DNA from: Patescibacteria group bacterium UBA3533 | GTDB lineage: Bacteria > Patescibacteriota > Minisyncoccia > Phycocordibacterales > Phycocordibacteraceae | Direction of reading: 5' to 3' | Assembly (NCBI GenBank): GCA_002376865.1 | Contig: DFOU01000006.1 | Span: 30,763 to 87,791 of the forward strand | DNA: 57,029 bases | In this document: positions 9,201 to 18,200 of the stretch, in pieces | How positions within the stretch are numbered: position 1 is the stretch's first letter | Layout: each line of letters opens with the position of its first letter | Program-made: the position numbers and the translations under genes | The notes under the pieces: model-generated | Database searches by the model: none | The model's input: the letters and a program-made list of their open reading frames with translations, nothing else | Told to the model about the DNA's origin: nothing

Positions 9201-12200
9201 GTACCAACCCCTACATTTCCTGATGAATCAATAGAGAGCGCCGTATTTGTAATACCTCCCGAATATGAATTTGAGGTACCAAAGGCAAGGTTTGACCCTG
9301 ATCCATCAAACATTGCTCCAATACGTACACTCGGTGCCGAATAGTCTGCAGTGTACATTCCCTCGATAAGAGAAATATAATTTCCAGCACTATAGTCTGT
9401 TTGCGTTACAAGCACCCCTTCTCCAAATGTTGCATTTTCAAATGTTGCACCAAGCCTGTTTGCCCCCTCAATTTCAAGCCTGGCATTTGGTGTAGTGTCT
9501 CCAACTCCTATATTTCCTTCTTCTCCATCAATATAAAGTCGTTCGGTAGTGCTTGCATAGAATATAAGGTCATTAGTTACGTGACTATAGGTAATTAAAC
9601 CAGCAGAAGCATGTTTTTCATCTGCAAATGCAATGGCTCCAAGTTCTGCACCAGAGTTTGGAGATGCAATGGTAAATCCTGCATATCCATTGTTATTTCC
9701 TCGAACTGTAAGGTGATTGTATGCAGTATTTGCAGCTTCAGTAAATGTTCCTGTTGGCGTGTACTCAACAAGCAGTCGCTGTGTTGCTGATGGAGAATCA
9801 CTTCCAATTCCTACGTTTCCTGCATCATCAATACGCACGCGTTCTGTAAGAGTGTTTGCACCATCAGCAGTTGTAAGGAATACGATGCGTCCAGGAGTGT
9901 CACCAGCCCCAGGAGTACCATCTACCTGAAATCGAATTCCTGCAGCAACACTATCGTAATCAACACCATCATCAACAGAGGCAAAGAAGTTACCTATTGT
10001 ATCGCCATCTTGCACAATGCTGTTTGAACCAACAGTAGTGCCGCGCGATTTGAAAAAGGCAATATTTGTTCCTCCAGCATTATTACTCCACCTTCCAAGC
10101 GTAGCACCAGAATCAGAATATTCTGTCCCCAATACCTGAACACCAAAATCTGCATATGCTATTGTTTGAGCGTAATCATGCCCCACGATAAGAGAATTAC
10201 CATCTGAAATACTTGTTGAGCCATTTATGTTTAGAACATTATTTGGCGTTGTAGTACCAATTCCTACGTTTCCTGAATCATCAATTACAAGACGGTACTC
10301 ATTTACTGCAGAGTCAGAGCTGTCATTACTTTGGTAGATATAGAAGAGGTTATTACCCGCCGAGTGAGTGTCTCCAAGGTTTCCAACAGCCCACTTGTAT
10401 ACATCTTCATTTTTGAAATCGAATTGAGCATACGAAGTATCGCTACCCACATCAATAGAAACACCTGTTGCCGTATCCTTATACACGTGTAGGAGTGATT
10501 GTGGTGATGAAGTACCAATACCTACGTTGCTCGTCGTCGCCAGATATAACTGATTACTTGTTGAATCTGCTGCTAAGTACAGTGGACGAATAACGCCAGT
10601 ACCGCCAGCACTAGTACGAATTTGGTATGCCTGCTCACTTGCTTGGTAACCAACGCCTAGGGATTCCAGATTTGTATTATCAGCAGGGGAACCTACACCA
10701 AATAGCGAGATTTTATTATTATCGGTACCATCACCATCATTGGTGAACATCCACAAACTTGAGTGGGTACCAGCTTGTTGACTCTGCACTACAAAGCGGC
10801 CATAAGTCGTAGCACCAATATTGGCTGTGTTACCTAAGCGATAGGTTTGGTAACTTGGGTCACCAAACTCAATGTCGCCAGTCACAGTTAACTTGGATGT
10901 TGGCGTTGAAGTACCAATACCCACATACCCAGCAGAGTCTACATACAGCGTGTTACTTGGTGTAGCTGGCTCAATCTGAAACGGTGTATTTCCTGATGCG
11001 TCTTCAATATAGAAGACTGATGAACCTGTAAGTCCAATATCGTATTGGTATGATGAACCTCGAGCAATACGAATATCTCCTCCTGCTGACGGCCCCTCAA
11101 ACTGAGCAATAATAGTTGAAGCAGAAACTACATCCAGCTGTGCATCAGGAGTACTGTCGTTAATTCCAACATTTCCGGTACCAAGAACAGTCAATCGCTC
11201 TTCTGGTGTAGCACCAGTCCAGAGTGAGATATTACGAGAGTTACTTGCAGCCTCAAACTCAAGTCCTGTGTCATTTGCCCTAATTTCTGTATTGTATCCA
11301 GAACTTATGTCTTCTACATCAAGACGTAGTCGTCCAGTAGCACCCCCTGCAGTGTTTGTAATAATAATTCCCTTTCCATCAAGGTTGGTAAGTGAGTGTG
11401 CATTTTCTCCAACTGCAACCCTCCCTGCTGTTGCATCTACATAAAATGCTTGAGCATTTCCTGCTTCTCCCACATTAAAGTCTCCATCTACATCGAGAAG
11501 GTATCCTGGAGATGTTGTTCCAATACCTACGTTTCCATCACCAGTGATAATAAACTTCGTATCAGAATCAGTTGGAGTTGCTGAACCATTAGACCTAGCT
11601 TTAAATAACACATCTGTTGAATCAGCATCACCATCTACAATCAACCCAACTGTTGCTCCACCATTACCCGCCAAGAAGTGCCCTGCTGCATCTCCAGATA
11701 TTGTGCCTCCTTGAACTACAAACTTGTGGACAGGTGTTGTGGTACCAATTCCCACACTTCCTCCCTGACTATTAAGCACCAAGTCTCTATTAAAGGTGCC
11801 TCCTTGATCCACTGCTTCAATATATCCATAATTCTCATCTGTAGCGTACCCAATCAATAGACGCTCTGTATCGTCAGTATTTCCTCGAATTGAGAACTGT
11901 GATTCAACATTTGTTGTAAATCGTGACGCGGCAAGGTCTTTCTGTACGATAAGCCCTGTCCCCGTTGTCGCGGTGTCAACAATATCAAGCTTTGCACCTG
12001 GACCTGCCTCACCGATTCCTACGTTTCCAGAAGCATCAATAGACCATCCAAGATTTCCATCATTATATGCTTGCAAATTGGGGCTTACGTAACGCAATCC
12101 AGTATTTCCACTTGTATGCTTTAGTAAATAACCGCTCTTTGCTGAATTTATAGTGTTAGCAAAGTAAGCTCCTCCCTCAACAGCAAACAAAGAAACTGGA

Positions 12201-15200
12201 GAGCTAGTACCAATACCTACGTTTCCAGAATTATCTACGATAAATATGTCTCCATCATTTGATGTATTTGAAGAAATACCAAAGTATCCATCTTCGTGAT
12301 TATCTGAAACTTCAAGTGTAAAGTCTGGAGTGTTATCTCCATTTACTCCGACCGTTCCATCACGAGTAACAGTAAAGAGGTTTGCAATAAACGCTCCAAT
12401 ATCATCTGCTGACTGCACATTAAAGCTACTATCTGTATCTCCAGTACCTCCAGTGTAGTTAAATCGCATTAACTTATACCCTGCTGAGGCTCCTGATGTG
12501 TCCTCAAGAATAAATGCTGGGTTGTTCTCTGCAATATGAACCTTTCTTCGAGGTGTGGTTGTACCAAATCCAACATTTCCAGAGCCATCCACCCGTAGCC
12601 GCTCCGTATCATCAGTTCGTACAATTACAGCCCCACTTGCAGAAGTATTAATAAGTTCAAGCGCACTTTGTCTATTTGCGGTACTTAAACTAGAACCATT
12701 GTATTGGATACGGGCAACATTACTTAGGTCCTCTTGGAATCGAATCTGACTAAAGCTTGTTTCGTCTGTAATATCAAGATCAATTCTTGCCTCTGTAGAA
12801 TCAGCAATCACAAGGTTTGATCCTGGCGTCGTAGTACCAATACCTACATTTCCACCACTAAGGAATGAATATCCATTTCCATCAAGCTTAATAGCATCAG
12901 CACCAGCATTTGTTTGAATCTCAAGCACACCAGCAGAATCTGATGAGTCTTGGTACAGCTGGATCAATTGATTTGTATTTGCTGAATTCTCAAGATAAAT
13001 ACCTCCGGTAATACCTCCACCACTTGCTTTCACTGCAAGTTGCGCATTTGGACTCTCTGTTCCAATACCAAACTCCCCCGCACTATCAAGGGTCACTACA
13101 TTACTTCCCCCGATATACCACCCAAATCCAGCAGTCTCTTGGTTATCAAGATTAAACTGCCCATCTGAAGCAAGAGACAATAGTGTTCCATCTGAAGAAG
13201 TTTCTCCATTACTTCTTGTAAACTGAATCTTCACCGCATCGCTTCCTCCAAGATGTAGAAGGTTTTGTGGGTCAGTTATTCCGATACCTATGTTTCCGCC
13301 ATCCTTTGCAGTAAGGACACTTGCGCCACCTGCACGAAGGAACAAATCATCTCCTGCTGCACGAAGTCCAACGACCCCAGAGCTGGTAGTGGTGTTGTCT
13401 ACCAATGAAAGATCTGCATTTGCATCACTAGACTCAAGTGTCAGAACATTATTTGAAGTACCTGCATCAACATGAAGTTTTGTAGTCGGACTTGTAGTAC
13501 CAATACCCACATTTCCAGAACTTAGAATACGTACAAGCTCGGTACTACCATTATTAAATACAAACTGCCCTCCTGAGCCATCACTTCGTGCAGTTAAAGC
13601 AAAGGTATTACCCGCTTGTGTAATCTGCCCTGTCTCTCCTCCATCATCTACAAACTCAAGGTACCCTTGTGTTCCATAGTCTCCTGCTGTGATGGTTCCA
13701 ATTACTTGAAGGGCAGTGTCTGGACTTGTGGTACCAATACCTACGTCCCCACTACTTTCTATAGTAAGTAGTGCAGAGCCATCTTCTTGGAATTGGTGCG
13801 CCACAGTTGCACCTCCAACCATGTTGTACACAGCATTGCTTGCACCCGCACCAATAGATAGATATGAGGGGTCATCTGTTCTTCCAAGGCGTAGCTGGTC
13901 TGCCGCAGAATCCCGTGCAACATGAAGGGCACTTTCTGGAGAAGTAGTACCAATACCTACATTTCCACTACTATCTATCCTTACCTGCTCTGATGCATTT
14001 GTATACAAAGACAAAGAGTCACTGGCATTAGCATAGAGAATGCGTCCCATCCAATCACTACTATCATCTCCAAATATCAACTGAGCCTCCGATGCTGCAT
14101 TGGTAATGATTGATATTTCAGCACCTCCTGAAGTATTGACGACTTCTATTTCATGATCCGGACTTGTCGTACCAATACCCAAACTTCCTCCATTGTTAAT
14201 GTAGTTATCGACACCAGAGGCTCCAGAGAATAATATTTTTGATGAACTACCATCTCGCAAGAGCAGCTCACCCGCAGTACCATTTCTATCAAGAATACCA
14301 ATTGCTGTTGAGCCATTCACAATTGATAGTCCTCTTGCATCATCTACAAATAAATTGAGAAGGCCTCCGGTACCAAACTGAGCACGCTGTGTACCACCAA
14401 GCGCAATGTCCAACTTATCTCCAGCACTAGTATAGATACCTGTATTAGGATCTGATGCAAAGCTTACTGATGGCAAGCTTGCGGAACCATCTTTTCCAAG
14501 ATACTGAGCACTTGTAAAGATATGATTGTCATTATAAAGACCTAGCTGATCACTTGAATTAAACCGTATAAGGTTTAGTGCTGCTCCTGCAGTAGTTACT
14601 CCCTGCAATGAGTAGTTATTTGTTCCAAGCTTTATATTTCCACCCTGAACAACAAACTTCTGATCCGGTGAGGTGCTTCCAACTCCTACATTTCCAGACG
14701 CATCTACAACAAAATCAAAATCTGTAAGTTGACTATCCTGCCCAATAAAGAACTTGCCCAAACCATCCCCTCCGTCGCGCACAAATCCAATAGCACCTAG
14801 CTGAGAATTTGTAACCCCCGTGTCAGATATTTGAAATTCAATTGCAGAACCAAAATCGTCTGCTGCATCTACAGAACTATTCGCTACAAATTCTGTAACA
14901 GGCCTAGGCGCATTACTCGTCCCTGTCCCTCTTGAAAACCTTGAAATGGCACCTACACCTGTACCTTCAAAATTGATACCTGTGCTACCTGTTACAGAAA
15001 GATTGTAATTTGGACTTGTAGTACCAATACCTACGTTTCCAGAGTCATCAATCGTCACCCGTTCAGTACCTGCAGTATAAAGCCGCAAATAATCCTCATC
15101 TGAGCTCTCCTCTGCTGTTACGTAGGTATCCTGATCAATATCAATTACCCCACCAAGTCCTAACCAATTGCTTCCGTTATACCCTTCATACTGTGTGGTA

Positions 15201-18200
15201 TTGGTGTTGTACCTGATCTGTCCCGTAAGTTCAGTAGAAGGACGCTGCGCAGTGGTACCAACTGGGATACGAATGGCATCAGTTGCATAGATATCAACTG
15301 TTGTTGCGGGAGTGGTAGTACCAATACCCACATTCCCAGAGCCATCTACCACAAGCGCCGCCCCTGTTGCCCCTGAATTTGGACTTGGATTTATGTAGAA
15401 GACATCTCCCCCTGCTGCATCAGTAGTTGCGGTAACTCCAAGCTCATACTGATCTGTAGAGCCTTGTGCAAACTGAAGGAATGGATAGTTTGCAACTCCT
15501 GCTGATTCAATGCGAACCCCCGAGTTTGCACTTGAAACTACATCAAGATGTGTGGCGCTTCCTGACCCCTCAATTACAAGTGCACTTGCAGGAGTGGTTG
15601 TACCAATACCAAGCCGATTTGTACTATCATTCCAGAAGAAATTACTATTATCTTGCGCGAGCGCTCCACTTGAGTTTGCAAACACGACTGACCCCTCTGT
15701 AAATCCAGCAGGAGCAATGGTTCCATACAGAGAGCCATCTACCTCAAGGTCCCCACTAATGTACGCACTATTATAATAATCGGCTGCAGCAATAGAGCTT
15801 GGTGTCCCTGTACCTACAGTTAACCGTACAGATGGCGAAGAACTTCCAAGTCCCAGATATCCATTTATGTCAAAGTTCGCAAGTTCAAGTCCGTTATTGT
15901 CTTGCACGGTAAAGAGGTTTCCAGTTTGTGAAGATGCAGCACGCACAGCAAGGGTACTTGTTCCTGTTGACCCATTATCATTTTGAATGAAAATGTTCTG
16001 GTTGAAGTCAAATCGATCCTCTGACGCATCCCATCCAATTACAGCATTCGGTACTACTACTCCTCGATAGAATACGAGAGATGCATCTTCTCCATCTGAA
16101 GTCGCATTGTCTGAGTTAATAGAAAATGAAGCATTGTTTGTTCCTGCAATTGAAGTGCTTGCTGCAGAAAGGTTATTTATAGTTGCACTATCAAAGTACG
16201 CATCGTCCCAATAGTATGCGGGAGATCCAAGGTCATATGTTGCATTTGATGTAGGGATAATTGCCACACTTGAATCAACCTGCCCTGAAGAGAACTGGAA
16301 CTGTGTTGTTTCGTTATATCCAATATGAAGTGGCAACCCACTTGAAGAGTACACACGGAATGAGTCGCCTATGTATCCATTTAGAAGTCCCACATTGCTT
16401 CCTCCTGCAACAAGCCGCACTCGTGGCTCAGTTGTAGCTCTGAAAATAGCAGGCTTACTTGCAGACACGGTCACATCAAGTGGGGACTCTGGAGTTGTGT
16501 CATTAATTCCAACATATCCATTTGCAAGCACTGTAAGGCCAGATGCTTGTGAACCTCCACTTGCTGCAGAGAAGGTTCCTGTAGTTGTTGCATTAGTAGA
16601 AGTAAGTTCTGGGAATGTAGACGCAACAGATGTAGATGTAGCAGTAAAGTACTCAGCAACCGCTTGCCCTACTACTGAGAGCTTTGCATATGGAGATGTT
16701 GTTCCAATACCTACACTTCCATCCTCCTGTACACGGAAGAGCTCTGTACCACCTGCAAGAGAAGCACTATCTTTCGCAACAATAAATGCTGAGGTTGTCT
16801 CGTCATTGTTTGAATCAATATTGAAATAAAAACTTCCGGGAGCATTTACACCTGCACGCAACGCAGAATCCCGAGGAATATATGCACTGTTAGAAGAAAA
16901 TCCAATAAAGTTACCACTTGAAAGTGTTGCAATGTTTCCATCAACTCCAAGCGCTTGCCCTGGACTGTTTGTGTTTATACCAACCTGCGCATTTGTGGCA
17001 TCTACAAACAGAGCGTTTGAGCTTCCTGCTTCTCCTACACGGAAGTCTCCATCTACATCAAGAAGATATCCTGGAGTTGTTGTACCGATTCCAAGACGAT
17101 CATTCCCATTATCAAAAAATAAGTTGCTATTATCTTCGACCACAAGACCTCCTGTTCCAATAAATGGAATTGATCCTGCAGTTAGGCTGCTGATTGTAAG
17201 ATTTGTTGTCGTTGCATTAGTAGTTGTGGCATTTGTTGCAGTTAGATTTGTAAGTGTCGCAGTAATTGCCTCTAATGCTGTTGTGTAGAAGTTTGTTGAG
17301 GTTGCGTTTGTAACTACAGAGTTGTTACTAAAGAAGTTGGTTGAAGTTGCATTTGTTGTAGATGCATTGTTTGCAAAAAGATTTGTGCTTGTTGCGTTAG
17401 TTGTTGACGCATTTATTGCAAAGAAGTTTGTTGTTGTTGCAGATGCAAGAGTTGCTGTTGTTCCTGTAAGTGGCCCTGTGAGCGTTGTAGTAGCAAGAGT
17501 GGTTGTCCCTGAGGCAATAAGTGTCGGAATTGTAAGCGGCCCTGTGAGCGTTGTTGTGGCAGCATTCAACGTATCAAATGTTCCTGTATTTGCATTCACA
17601 CTTGATCCACGGAATGTTGACCCAGTAATTTCACTGTTTCGAATGATTCCGCTTAAGAATTCTCCATCACGAATGATTGTTCCGCTGATATCCTCAATCT
17701 TGTTCACCCACTGAATGGTTTCAATATTCTGAACAATCTGATTTCGGTTAACTGCAGTTAGTTTCTGGATCTCAGCTGAAAGCGCTGCGTGAAGTGCAGT
17801 AATACTTGAATCTACGTAAAGCTTATTTACGTCAGTGCTTGCAAAGAAATTCTGAGTAACATTTCGAGGAGCAATGTACACAGGAGCTGCTGGCTCATCT
17901 TCCTTAATGACAACATTGGTTTGAGCAGGCCCCGGATTTACAAGCAGTACCGGATCTTTCTTTCGACCAAAGATTCGATCGAAAATATCTCGTACGCCAC
18001 CTGCAACTCCTCCGATTACATTTGCTTGAGCTTCCTCAACTTTCTCTGCTGTATTTGTTGCAAGAGGAGATTTTACGCCTGCAAGTTTTGATCCAATATT
18101 CTCTGGAACTGCCATTACAGTTTCTACTGCTGGAACAAAAACATTTGCTGCAATACGCTCTCCAGCAAACTTAATCATTCCCATAACTTTTTCTGTAGAA

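Noticed and set aside
8000-17098. Periodic near-identical 18-20-mers that could be mistaken for a CRISPR array
   Set aside because: The spacing is irregular (about 180-330 nt). The repeats are in frame and always encode GNVGIGT within a long ORF. There is no leader and there are no cas genes.
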